From assembly GCA_964643135.1 (NCBI GenBank), contig CAZXPC010000002.1:9049-73048 (forward strand): 64,000 nt of DNA, given 5' to 3'. Numbering within the stretch: the first letter of the stretch is position 1; every line of letters begins with the position of its first letter. A model generated the notes under the pieces. It was not told the DNA's origin. It searched no databases and saw nothing but the letters and a program-made list of their open reading frames with translations. The position numbers and the translations under genes are program-made. This stretch comes from an uncultured Candidatus Saccharibacteria bacterium (lineage in GTDB: Bacteria; Patescibacteriota; Minisyncoccia; UBA6257; Colwellbacteraceae). Shown here one piece after another: positions 1 through 8,571 of this stretch.

Positions 1-1806
1 CATGTCACCCCCGCCTAAAAGCTTTTCAGCGCCAGCGCTATCAAGAATTGTTTTTGAGTCGACTTGTGAAGCAACTTGCAGCGCGATACGGCTGCCGATG
101 TTGGCTTTGATCAAACCTGTGATGACATCAACTGATGGGCGTTGCGTGGAAAGCACTAAGTGTATGCCGGTTGCGCGCGCCATTTGAGCCAGTCGGACGA
201 TTGAGTTTTCGATTTCGCGGCCGAAAGTGACCATCAAGTCTGCAAGCTCATCAATCACGATCACGAGGTATGGCATTTTAGCGGTTGAGCTGTTAGCTTT
301 GATGCCATCGTTGTAGCTCGCGATGTCGCGCTTGCCGGCCGCGGCGAGTGTCGTGTAGCGGCGGTCCATTTCTTCAATAGCAAAGCGCAATGCAGCGATA
401 GATTTCTTGCCGTCGGTAATAACTGGAGTCACAAGGTGGGGGATGCCGGCATAGATCGAGAGCTCGACGCGCTTCGGGTCGATCAAAATGAGGCGCATCG
501 TTTCCGGCGAGTTTTTATAGATTAGCGAAATTAGCAAACTGTGGATCATGACGGACTTTCCTGAACCTGTCGTACCGGCGATCAAGAGGTGAGGCATCTT
601 GGCGAGGTTGCCGAACATGGGTTCGCCTGAGACATCACGGCCCAAAACGAAGGTTAAGAGATTTTGCGAGTTGCCGAACTCGGCATAGCTGATCAAATTG
701 CCCAAGCGCACGATTGAGGCAGTCTTGTTGGGAATTTCGATGCCGACCAATGACTTTCCGGGGATCGGCGCTTCGATACGGATCGGGTGCGCAGCCAAGG
801 CGAGCGCCAAGTCCTGGTTCAAGGTCGTGATCTTGTTAATTTTTACGCCTTCAGCCGGTTTTAAGGTGTAGCGAGTGACTTTGGGGCCGATCGTGATCTC
901 GCCCATTTCAACCGGAATGCCAAAAGATTCAAGCGTGCGTTTAATAATGTTGGCGTTAGCGCGCAGATCGCCGGCGGAGGGCTTGTCGTTCGAAGTCTTA
1001 AGTAAAGTAATTGGCGGAGGAACGTAGTTTTTGAAGTTGGCCGGAATCTTGTCGATCAGTGCGCCTTTGCCGCCTGATTCAGAGATGCGAATGTCTTCTT
1101 TCGAGAGTGGTTTGGCGGGCTTGGCTTCTTCTGTAGGCGCAGCTGACGCTTTCTTGCCGGTCCTTTGTTCCTTGCTCTCCACCGCGCGCTGTTCGGCTTC
1201 GCCAATTTCCATGGCTTTTAAGTCTTCTTCAGTTAATGATTCAGCGCCGGCTTTGGCTTTCTCGGTCTCTTCTTCAGCCTCCTCGTTTTTTCTAAACATA
1301 TTTTTTAGCCAGTGCAATCTTAAAGGCACATTGAAAGCCAAAAGAATCGAGGCGATCATAATCGTAACGTTTAAGACAATCGAGGCGCCATAGCCAAAAA
1401 GATATTGCAGACTGCCAAAGGCTTTGCCGAAGACCCCGCCGTGGCCATATTCCACAATGTCGAGCAGCCCAAGCGCTGAGAGCAAAAAGAGAGCGGCGCC
1501 TACAAGCGTGTTTCCCAGAAGCTGAGCCGTTTCGCCCAAAAGGAAAGCAATACTGATTGAAATCAGAATGAGCGGGATTAAGTAGTAGCCCCAGCCGAAA
1601 AGTTGCCCGAGGCCGGCAAAGATCGCGTCGCCCCAAGGCCCCGCTTTGCCAAAGGCCGATAGCAACAGAATGATCGAAACGCCGATAAAAACTATGCCGA
1701 AGATACTGAGCTTAGCCTCATGTTTAAGTTCCCGTAGGGGATTCTGAATAAGTCCGTCTTCGCGCTCTTTTCTTCTAGTTTCTTTGGCTTTTTTCCTTTT
1801 GGACAT
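1..1806 (-). CDS. ftsK: DNA translocase FtsK/SpoIIIE (C-terminal part runs off window start)
   Basis: Reverse translation gives MSKRKKAKE..., N-terminal TM helices, a Walker A GTTGSGKS, and the FtsK motor region ...ALRFAIEEMDRRY..., ...MPYLVIVIDELADLM..., ...ATGIHLVLSTQRPSVDVITGLIKANI. The stop lies beyond position 1, so no complete ORF appears in the track. Confidence 0.9.
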   Translation of the reverse strand, partial: MSKRKKAKETRRKEREDGLIQNPLRELKHEAKLSIFGIVFIGVSIILLLSAFGKAGPWGDAIFAGLGQLFGWGYYLIPLILISISIAFLLGETAQLLGNTLVGAALFLLSALGLLDIVEYGHGGVFGKAFGSLQYLFGYGASIVLNVTIMIASILLAFNVPLRLHWLKNMFRKNEEAEEETEKAKAGAESLTEEDLKAMEIGEAEQRAVESKEQRTGKKASAAPTEEAKPAKPLSKEDIRISESGGKGALIDKIPANFKNYVPPPITLLKTSNDKPSAGDLRANANIIKRTLESFGIPVEMGEITIGPKVTRYTLKPAEGVKINKITTLNQDLALALAAHPIRIEAPIPGKSLVGIEIPNKTASIVRLGNLISYAEFGNSQNLLTFVLGRDVSGEPMFGNLAKMPHLLIAGTTGSGKSVMIHSLLISLIYKNSPETMRLILIDPKRVELSIYAGIPHLVTPVITDGKKSIAALRFAIEEMDRRYTTLAAAGKRDIASYNDGIKANSSTAKMPYLVIVIDELADLMVTFGREIENSIVRLAQMARATGIHLVLSTQRPSVDVITGLIKANIGSRIALQVASQVDSKTILDSAGAEKLLGGGDM

Positions 1807-1868
1807 AATAAATAAGAGATATGAAAATTGCTCGAATATCTAGTATTGTATACGTTTTCAGTAATTTT

Positions 1869-2522
1869 TTATACCACCGAGAACCTCTTGAGCTTTTTGA
1901 AATATGTCTCGATCGAGTCGTCGTCAATTTTGTTCGGGCTTATGGTGCAAAGGTCGAAGATATCGCCTTCGATCTTGGCCAGGGCGTCGCGCCAAGCTCG
2001 CTCATTTTCTGCGCTTTCAATGCCTCGGAACTTTTTATTGGCATGCCTGCGTTTAAGGTCGGCGATCCTTTCTTCAATGGATACAATGCCGCCCATCCCT
2101 CCTCGCATATCGGCATAGCTGCATATTTTTTGATTTAGGTTGTCTTGGCCGGCTAATTCTACTTGGTATTCAGATTTACCCATTTTGTCCACCAAATCCA
2201 GAGTGATTCTATTTACCCCGATCTCTCTCGCAATTTCATGGCTTGCAGCATGCTCATCAGCGTACTTTGCTTTGAATTCTTTCTGCACCCTAACCCAGTG
2301 GTCTAAACCCAGCGGCTCAACTTTGTCCGGCGAATTTTCCAAGTTGTACTTCATAATGTTGCCCAGATCATGCAACAAACAAGCTGATATGATCTCATCG
2401 CGATCGATTGCGGCATCGATAGAATCACAAATTAACGCCGCCACCGAAGCCACCTGCAACATATGGTCTTGCAAGTGCGGCATAATTTTATAATGCCCGT
2501 AAATTTCGGAAATCGTTTTCAC
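1869..2522 (-). CDS. HD-domain metal-dependent phosphohydrolase
   Basis: 217-aa ORF with LLHDLGN (HD motif) and conserved downstream Asp residues. Confidence 0.7.
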   Translation of the reverse strand: MKTISEIYGHYKIMPHLQDHMLQVASVAALICDSIDAAIDRDEIISACLLHDLGNIMKYNLENSPDKVEPLGLDHWVRVQKEFKAKYADEHAASHEIAREIGVNRITLDLVDKMGKSEYQVELAGQDNLNQKICSYADMRGGMGGIVSIEERIADLKRRHANKKFRGIESAENERAWRDALAKIEGDIFDLCTISPNKIDDDSIETYFKKLKRFSVV

Positions 2523-2615
2523 GAAGTTTATTTTAGCAGAAAGAAAAAAAGAAAAAAGTACTCTAGCTGTGATGCGAATTATTACTTTGTGTATTAACTG
2601 CGGCTGATATTAAGC

Positions 2616-2966
2616 CTACAAAATTTGAATTTTTGATAATCCTAATGCAAAGAAAAACAACAGGATAGAAAATGTGAGCCCTGGAATAAATGAGGCTGAG
2701 AAAAACAATATCAAACCTATGACTAATTTCATCACTTTTGCTGAATCTAGAGATTCCTTCTTAGTTATGAAGTAAGCGAATATTAAGTAAATAGGTAAGG
2801 CCAAGAGATTCACGCTTAGGGGGAAAGGAAGAGGCTCGCCCCAGTTGATCCAGAGAATTAAGGTTCCAGAAATAATTCCAAGACCCAGACTTTGCCAATA
2901 GAAATTATTAGATCTAAAAGCTAAATAGGCCAGAAGGCAAAGAATTAATGTAATAAATAATACCAT
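2616..2966 (-). CDS. hypothetical integral membrane protein
   Basis: 116 aa, predicted four hydrophobic helices, no recognisable motif. Confidence 0.5.
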   Translation of the reverse strand: MVLFITLILCLLAYLAFRSNNFYWQSLGLGIISGTLILWINWGEPLPFPLSVNLLALPIYLIFAYFITKKESLDSAKVMKLVIGLILFFSASFIPGLTFSILLFFFALGLSKIQIL

Positions 2967-2993
2967 TTAGAGAAATTATACCACGGGAGCCGT

Positions 2994-3107
2994 TTACAAC
3001 GGCCCTGGAAATTTGGTGAGGATAGAGTAGAAAAGATTTAAATTCTGATATGAGTCGACATCACTTCGTGCCTTCTTCAAAATGACGGAAAAAAGAAAAA
3101 AGCCGAG
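2994..3107 (-). repeat. degenerate copy (copy 4) of the pyrG 3' end / direct repeat DR-A
   Basis: Sequence 3001-3107 aligns with 3921-4026, 4545-4650 and the genuine pyrG 3' end at 4741-4870. Minus-strand translation gives ...FFRHFEEGTK, a relic of FFVGTQAHPEF. Confidence 0.5.
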
Positions 3108-3148
3108 CGGTGGAGAGAGTCCCATTGCTCGGCAAGAGCGCTCGGCAT

Positions 3149-3457
3149 TCAGGTATTCGTTCTTCGCGGATCGGGCTCCGGCTCGGGCGGCGGGTGGCCC
3201 ATGCCCGGCCAAAAGCTCTTTCGGAGCCAGGCAGTTGTCGACGGGTCATTCCCGAACCGAAAAGCGATGTCGGTCGTACTCGAGATGTTCCCGAGATAAA
3301 GAACAGTCCGAACGGTTTCCTCAATGGTTTCCCGGCGCGCGCTAACGTGGTACTGCCCTTCTGCGATACGCCCTACGAAGCCGGTGGCAGTTCGGCCGAT
3401 CACGATCATGACTCTGGGCCCGAACGGTTTCTTAGGCTTTCGCCAGATAAGCCGCAT
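3149..3457 (-). CDS. hypothetical protein (GC-rich ORFan, possibly a gene fragment)
   Basis: 102-aa ORF in a ~58% GC segment flanked by pyrG 3' copies. Overlapped by an equally long plus-strand ORF, so the coding call is weak. Confidence 0.25.
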   Translation of the reverse strand: MRLIWRKPKKPFGPRVMIVIGRTATGFVGRIAEGQYHVSARRETIEETVRTVLYLGNISSTTDIAFRFGNDPSTTAWLRKSFWPGMGHPPPEPEPDPRRTNT

Positions 3458-3554
3458 CGTTACACCAATATTTTCAGATTGGACCCTAAATTGTTTTTAG
3501 TCAACAAATAAAAAGCGCCCTAGCCGAAGCCTTGGCGCGAGAGGGAGTGCGGCC

Positions 3555-3866
3555 TCAGCATTCGCTGAAACCGCAGGCGGTGCACTTGATGCAGCCTTCT
3601 TGTAGGTACAGGGGAATCCCGCAGTCCGGACAGTCTGGGTTGTCGCCCCTCTGCTCGAGCTCCTTGGTTGTAGGAGCTGTTCTGAACTTTTCCCTCACTT
3701 CTTTTCCGATCTGCTTGACCTTGAGGGTGTACTCAGATGTCCACCGGCAGCGGAAAGTTGCTTCATCGAGAGCGCTTCCGAGGATGTCGAAGTCCTGCTG
3801 TTCTCCATCGGAATCGGTCAGCCTGAAAGAGCCACGTCCGATCTGTTCAATCAAGATCTCACGCAT
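3555..3866 (-). CDS. hypothetical protein with C-terminal CxxC...CxxC zinc ribbon
   Basis: 103 aa ending ...[27 protein letters not shown]-rich, on the same strand as pyrG. The alternative plus-strand ORF 3532-3942 is low-complexity. Confidence 0.45.
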   Translation of the reverse strand: MREILIEQIGRGSFRLTDSDGEQQDFDILGSALDEATFRCRWTSEYTLKVKQIGKEVREKFRTAPTTKELEQRGDNPDCPDCGIPLYLQEGCIKCTACGFSEC

Positions 3867-3895
3867 TCAGATCTCTGGAATCATAGAACGATTTT

Positions 3896-4027
3896 ACTTA
3901 TTTGTCAAAGAGGCTTTAATCAGCGCCTTAAAAAGCGGATGAGGATTCAAAGGTCTGCTTTTGAATTTGGATATGCGTCGACGTCACTTCGTGCCTTTTT
4001 CAAATGACAGAAAAAAAGAAAAAGCCT
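3896..4027 (-). repeat. degenerate copy (copy 3) of the pyrG 3' end / direct repeat DR-B
   Basis: Minus-strand translation ...FKSRPLNPHPLFKALIKASLTNK* mimics the PyrG C-terminus. 3968-4027 is ~90% identical to 3045-3107. Confidence 0.55.
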
Positions 4028-4086
4028 ATTTTAAAAGCAACTTAGATAAGTAAACATTTTATTTATGTTATAATATTTTTATCGAC

Positions 4087-4557
4087 ATGAGAAATCTTCA
4101 AGTTAGATCAATAATATCTCTAGCGATTTTTCACTTTGTTTTCGTATTGATTATTGTCGGTTTGGTTAGCATCGTTTTAGGCCTTTTCTCAATAGCAACT
4201 GCTATTATCGAGGCGTGGCTAAATAATCTACTTGGATTTGATGCATCTTCTTTGGTTGAGGTTTCTTTATCTGTTCTCGTTGGTGTTATGATTTCGACTC
4301 AAGTCATGGGCAAGAGGGTCGTGATAAAAGAACCGCGTAAACTTGCGGTTTTTTCTACGGTCTGCTTGCTGCTGTTACTAATTGGATTACTATCGGCAGA
4401 GTTTTTGACTGAAGGATTTTTCCCCATGCAATTGGGTTTTTGGATATATATTGTAGCAGGAGTAATTTCTTTTTATGTTTTTAGTGAAATATTTTTAAGG
4501 CAGCAGTCGAAAAAGCAGCTTATTAGTCTGTCAGAGACGCCTTCACTAAGGCCTTAA
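4087..4557 (+). CDS. hypothetical membrane protein
   Basis: 156 aa, four hydrophobic segments, AT-rich. Located between pyrG 3' copies 3 and 2. Confidence 0.55.
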   Translation: MRNLQVRSIISLAIFHFVFVLIIVGLVSIVLGLFSIATAIIEAWLNNLLGFDASSLVEVSLSVLVGVMISTQVMGKRVVIKEPRKLAVFSTVCLLLLLIGLLSAEFLTEGFFPMQLGFWIYIVAGVISFYVFSEIFLRQQSKKQLISLSETPSLRP

Positions 4558-4650
4558 AAAGCGGGTGAGGTTTTAGAGGTCTGGATTTGAATTCGGGGAT
4601 GAGCCGTCGGAGCTTCGCTCCTCCTTCAAAACCCTCGGTTTTGAACATCT
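4524..4650 (-). pseudogene. PyrG C-terminal fragment (copy 2 of pyrG 3' end)
   Basis: Minus-strand translation ...RRLIPEFKSRPLKPHPLFKALVKASLTD* resembles the CTP synthase C-terminus. Lies ~190 bp downstream of the intact pyrG stop. Confidence 0.6.
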
Positions 4651-4719
4651 GGCTGTTGACCAGATTCCGACACGGGGAAACGCACGCCTTTCCCCGACCC
4701 CCTTTGACGGCCCACCCCT

Positions 4720-6402
4720 TTATTTTTGTTTGATGCTGGCTCTCACAAAGGCCTTGAACAGTGGATTAGGTCTGAGAGGTCTGGAGGTAAATTCGGGGTG
4801 GGCCTGGGTCCCTACAAAAAACGGGTGGATTTTTCTGGGTAGTTCCATAAATTCCATGAGGCGTTTGTTGGGGGACTCGCCGGAGAAAACTACGCCGCCT
4901 TTTTCTAAGGTCTCTATATATTGCGGGTTAACTTCGTAGCGATGGCGGTGGCGTTCGGTGATATGTGATGCGCCATAAGCCTCGCGCACAATTGTGCCGG
5001 GTTTTAAGTTGGCCGGGTATGAGCCGAGGCGCATTGTTGCCCCATAATCTTTGTTATTCATTTTCTCAATTTGTTCTGGCAGGATGTCGATAATTGGGTT
5101 TTTGGTTTTTGGGTTCACCTCGGTTGTGTGGGAGTCTTTGAGACCCAAAACATTGCGGGCGTATTCAACAGCGGCGAGCTGCATGCCGTAACAAAGGCCG
5201 AGGTAGGGGATCTTATTTTCTCGGCAATAGCGGATGACGTTGATTTTGCCTTCGACTCCGCGCGCGCCGAAGCCGCCGGGCACGATTATGCCATCAAACT
5301 TATCCAAACTCTTAAGATTTTTCATCGTCCTTCCAGCCGCTGACCCGTAGGCGTCAGCATTAACTGACTCGAAGTCGTTGGAGCTTAGCCATTCAATGAC
5401 CGGAATTGCCTTTTCTGAATAGGCGGCGTGTTTCACGGCTTCGATTACAGATATGTATGAGTCAGAGAGCATAAAGCTGCCGGTCGCGAAATATTTGCCC
5501 ACAATGCCGATTTTAACTTGGCGTTGTTTGCGGCCGGCTTCTTCAATTGAATTGATTAACCCCCGCCAGTCGTGGCCATCTTTCTTTTTCGTCCTCAATC
5601 CAAGTGTTTCCATTACGATTTTATCCACCTTTTCTTCTTTGAAGATCTCCGGCAGGTCATAGATGTTTTTGACGTTGGGCGCTGAGATTACATTTTCCTG
5701 GCGGACGTTGCAGTTGAAAGCAATTTTCTCTTTGCGTTTGTCGTCGAGTGAAGTCTTGGCGCGGGCTAAGATCATATCCGGCTGCAGCCCAACGCTGTTT
5801 AACGAACGCACGGCGTATTGAGTCGGCTTGGTTTTTAGTTCTTGGTCCTCGCCTTGAGAGGGGAGGTAGCTTACGAGTGTTAAAAAGACCGAGTGAGGGT
5901 CTTGGAGTTTCAAAATACGCACGGCTTCCAAGAAAAGCATGTTTTGATACTCGCCGACTGTGCCGCCGATTTCGGTAATTACAACGTCAGCCGATGCTTT
6001 CCTCGCGGCATTCTTGAGTCGGGCAATAACTTCCAGCGGAATGTGCGGCACCACTTCGACGCACTTGCCGTCATATTCAAGATTGCGTTCTTTCTGAATG
6101 ACGTGCAGGTAGACTGAGCCGGTTGTCATATAGTTGGCTCTAGTTAGGTCGACATCTAAGAAGCGTTCGTAGTTGCCCATGTCTTGGTCGGTTTCCAGGC
6201 CGTCGTCTAACACAAAAACCTCACCGTGTTCGGTGGGGTTCATGGTCCCGGCATCAACGTTGATGTAGGGGTCGATTTTAATGGCGGTGACGTTGAGGCC
6301 GTGGAATTTGAGGAGGCGGCCGATCGCGGCTGAGGCGGTGCCTTTGCCGACGCCCGACATTACTCCGCCGACGATAAAGATGTAAGAAGTTTTGTGCGGC
6401 AC
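4720..6402 (-). CDS. pyrG: CTP synthase
   Basis: 560 aa; N-terminal synthetase domain (GGVMSGVGKGTASAAIGRLLK), C-terminal glutamine amidotransferase domain (GLCYGMQ, HPEF). Confidence 0.95.
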   Translation of the reverse strand: MPHKTSYIFIVGGVMSGVGKGTASAAIGRLLKFHGLNVTAIKIDPYINVDAGTMNPTEHGEVFVLDDGLETDQDMGNYERFLDVDLTRANYMTTGSVYLHVIQKERNLEYDGKCVEVVPHIPLEVIARLKNAARKASADVVITEIGGTVGEYQNMLFLEAVRILKLQDPHSVFLTLVSYLPSQGEDQELKTKPTQYAVRSLNSVGLQPDMILARAKTSLDDKRKEKIAFNCNVRQENVISAPNVKNIYDLPEIFKEEKVDKIVMETLGLRTKKKDGHDWRGLINSIEEAGRKQRQVKIGIVGKYFATGSFMLSDSYISVIEAVKHAAYSEKAIPVIEWLSSNDFESVNADAYGSAAGRTMKNLKSLDKFDGIIVPGGFGARGVEGKINVIRYCRENKIPYLGLCYGMQLAAVEYARNVLGLKDSHTTEVNPKTKNPIIDILPEQIEKMNNKDYGATMRLGSYPANLKPGTIVREAYGASHITERHRHRYEVNPQYIETLEKGGVVFSGESPNKRLMEFMELPRKIHPFFVGTQAHPEFTSRPLRPNPLFKAFVRASIKQK

Positions 6403-6472
6403 ATTCTATAATAGCATAACGATAATAAAAAATGCACCAGGCCTAGATGGCTAGAAATTCTGGTGCCGGGCG

Positions 6473-6694
6473 TCAGAAGGTGACAAACCGGAGGCGCTGG
6501 TTTTTCGCATACCAGGTTCGGGTCACGATATCGTCGTGAAACTCGATCCGCGTCCCGGTTGCAAGCCCCCGATATTTCGCGCGGAGGCTATTCAGCGCTT
6601 CGTGGATGTCGCCCCCCGAGGCGTACTTGTTCAGGTCGCCGTCGATGCAAACGTGGACGTCTTGGCTCCGCTTCGTTACGAGGATATGGACCAT
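6473..6694 (-). CDS. hypothetical small protein (GC-rich)
   Basis: 73-aa ORF, ~57% GC against ~45% in neighbours, no motif recognised. Confidence 0.35.
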   Translation of the reverse strand: MVHILVTKRSQDVHVCIDGDLNKYASGGDIHEALNSLRAKYRGLATGTRIEFHDDIVTRTWYAKNQRLRFVTF

Positions 6695-6766
6695 CGAGTC
6701 ACTCCTTACTATTTCAGGCTAGCGATTATACTTTTTATTGTCAATCTGCTAGAATCAGGCCCAATT

Positions 6767-7345
6767 ATGGCCAATAAAGACATTCTCGTAATTGATATCG
6801 AGACCAAAAACAGCTTTGCCGACGTGGGCGGCCAGCACAACCTGAGGAATTTAGACGCCTCGCTGATTTGTGCTTATTCATACAATCAAGACAAGTATTA
6901 CTTAATCCGCGAGGGCAAATTCCACGAAATTTCCGACATGCTGCAAAACGCGGGCTTAATTGTCGGCTTCAGCATCAACCGCTTTGATTTGCCGGTCATG
7001 AATAAATATTACAAATTTAATTTAATGAGTTTGCCGCGCCTGGATTTACTGGATGAGATTGAAAATGCTCATGGCCGCCGGATTAGCCTAGACTTGCTTG
7101 CCAACGCCAACCTGGGCTATGGCAAGACCGGCCACGGCTTAGACGCGATCGAATATTATAAAAAAGGCGACTGGGAAGCGCTTGAGAAGTATTGCCAGCA
7201 AGATGTGAAGGTAACCAAGGAGCTTTACGACTTAGCCAAAAAACAAAAACATCTGCTTGTACCGCAGAAGTGGAATGCCAATCATGTGAAAGTTGAGTTG
7301 GATATTCAGGATGTCCTGATGACCTCGCCGAATACTTTGTTCTAG
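6767..7345 (+). CDS. DEDD-family 3'-5' exonuclease (RNase H-like, PolB-exonuclease-related)
   Basis: ILVIDIETKN (Exo I), GFSINRFDLPVM (Exo II), YCQQDVKVTKELY (Exo III). Start taken at MANKD, preceded by TAGAAT 8 nt upstream. Confidence 0.7.
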   Translation: MANKDILVIDIETKNSFADVGGQHNLRNLDASLICAYSYNQDKYYLIREGKFHEISDMLQNAGLIVGFSINRFDLPVMNKYYKFNLMSLPRLDLLDEIENAHGRRISLDLLANANLGYGKTGHGLDAIEYYKKGDWEALEKYCQQDVKVTKELYDLAKKQKHLLVPQKWNANHVKVELDIQDVLMTSPNTLF

Positions 7346-7379
7346 ATCATTGACAGAGGATAAAAGGCGACCAGATCTC

Positions 7380-8250
7380 AGTTGTTTAGGCTGGGACAAG
7401 GTCGCAGTGATGCGGAACTTAATCCGCTTGGAGTGGCGGCGTCGGATAGGGATTTGAACCCTCGTTCAGGACCCTATTATGTCGGGAAAGATTTGTTCGC
7501 ATGCCTCAGGGCGCTTCAGTTCCACTCGTGCGGGTGATGCTTGCCGCATTTGTAGAACCTTGGCATTCCCGTCTCGGCCTCATAAGCTTACTAGGGCGCT
7601 CCGCGAATACGACCTAAAGACACCACGTGGGCCGGGATATGAACCTCCCGCACCTAATCTACTGGAACCATAGATCCATGATGTGCCGTATTCGTCCTGC
7701 ATACTCCCGTTCGGCAAATTCAGCCTACTTTGCATGCTCGCTCATCCGTCCGTCATCGCGGCTCTCATACCGGGGCATAAGTTCCCTTCAAAACCAGGAA
7801 ACGAACCCCTTCGGAGAATTGCCTTCCCCTGAGACCCAAATGGTAATCTCATAGAGCCGCACTTTTCGCCCTACTATCCTTGCTATCCAATTTCCTGACT
7901 AGTCCTACTTCTCTACGCCCTGGTCGGTCCCCATGGTGAAGGGTGACAATGAGAAGTGGTAGGCCCACGAAAGGGTAGGACGTTTAGGTAAATTGGCTTC
8001 GCACGTAGCCGAGCGATTAGTTCCATCTTGATTCACCGAGCCTTACCGGCCCTCTATCAAGACTCTCTATATCCTTAGCCTTCCGGTGGGTAACCCTCAG
8101 GTTTGAGCCGAGGCACCGGTGCTTTTGGCTGAACTATCGACGCCAGTTGGTAAAGAGCTGTCCGTCGGCTTGCTTCGGGAAAACTCTTCGTTGCATCTTC
8201 ATTCTAGCATGGGTCACTCCTCAGTCAATGAATTGAAAAGAGGCTGGTTG
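7380..8250. other. 870-bp ORF-free region; candidate structured RNA or decayed element
   Basis: No ORF above 75 aa on either strand in an otherwise dense genome. Minus strand carries a tRNA-like T-arm/acceptor/CCA fragment (rc of 7437-7465: GAGGGTTCAAATCCCTATCCGACGCCGCCA). Confidence 0.3.
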
Positions 8251-8571
8251 TGTGATTAACTTCGATTGGTACAAAGGGATGAGATTTTGGAAGCTCCTCC
8301 TGTTTCTCAAGTCCATCGACTGGTCAGCCAAGTCATCTGTCAGCCAGACGGCGGCATCATCATGGCAGTTTGTGTCTGCGGTTGGGTTACCGAACCCAAA
8401 GTCAAAGGCAAGATGCTTGAGGTCGTTCAGATCATCAATCATCACACGGGTGCGGAACTGCGTTTGAAGTTCAGGCTAGACGGGGCGATTGAGGTGGTGG
8501 TTTGATCAGGTCTGGCCGCGGGTTTTTCCCACGGCTTGTTTTTTTTGGGCCTCGCGACTATCGTTTTAGTG

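Noticed and set aside
1031-1636. ORFs 1031-1393 (+) and 1292-1636 (-)
   Set aside because: They overlap the clearly conserved ftsK reading frame (minus strand). The plus ORF is antisense; the minus ORF is an out-of-frame segment.
3532-3942. Plus-strand 136-aa ORF overlapping the minus-strand zinc-ribbon ORF
   Set aside because: Its translation is low-complexity (S/P/R-rich) and ends inside a pyrG 3' copy. The minus-strand ORF has a structured Cys motif and pyrG orientation. Kept the minus ORF only, with modest confidence.
7380-8250. tmRNA hypothesis for the tRNA-like T-arm/CCA fragment on the minus strand
   Set aside because: No GGGG...GATTCGAC 5' end pairs with the acceptor strand within ~400 nt. 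No recognisable tag-peptide reading frame ending in a typical ...LAA tag. The only complementary acceptor candidate is ~700 nt away.
8221-8505. Short overlapping ORFs (8221-8445 -, 8252-8467 +, 8266-8505 +) upstream of the cysteine desulfurase gene
   Set aside because: They overlap each other on both strands and have no motifs. They are more likely the promoter/leader of the desulfurase gene.
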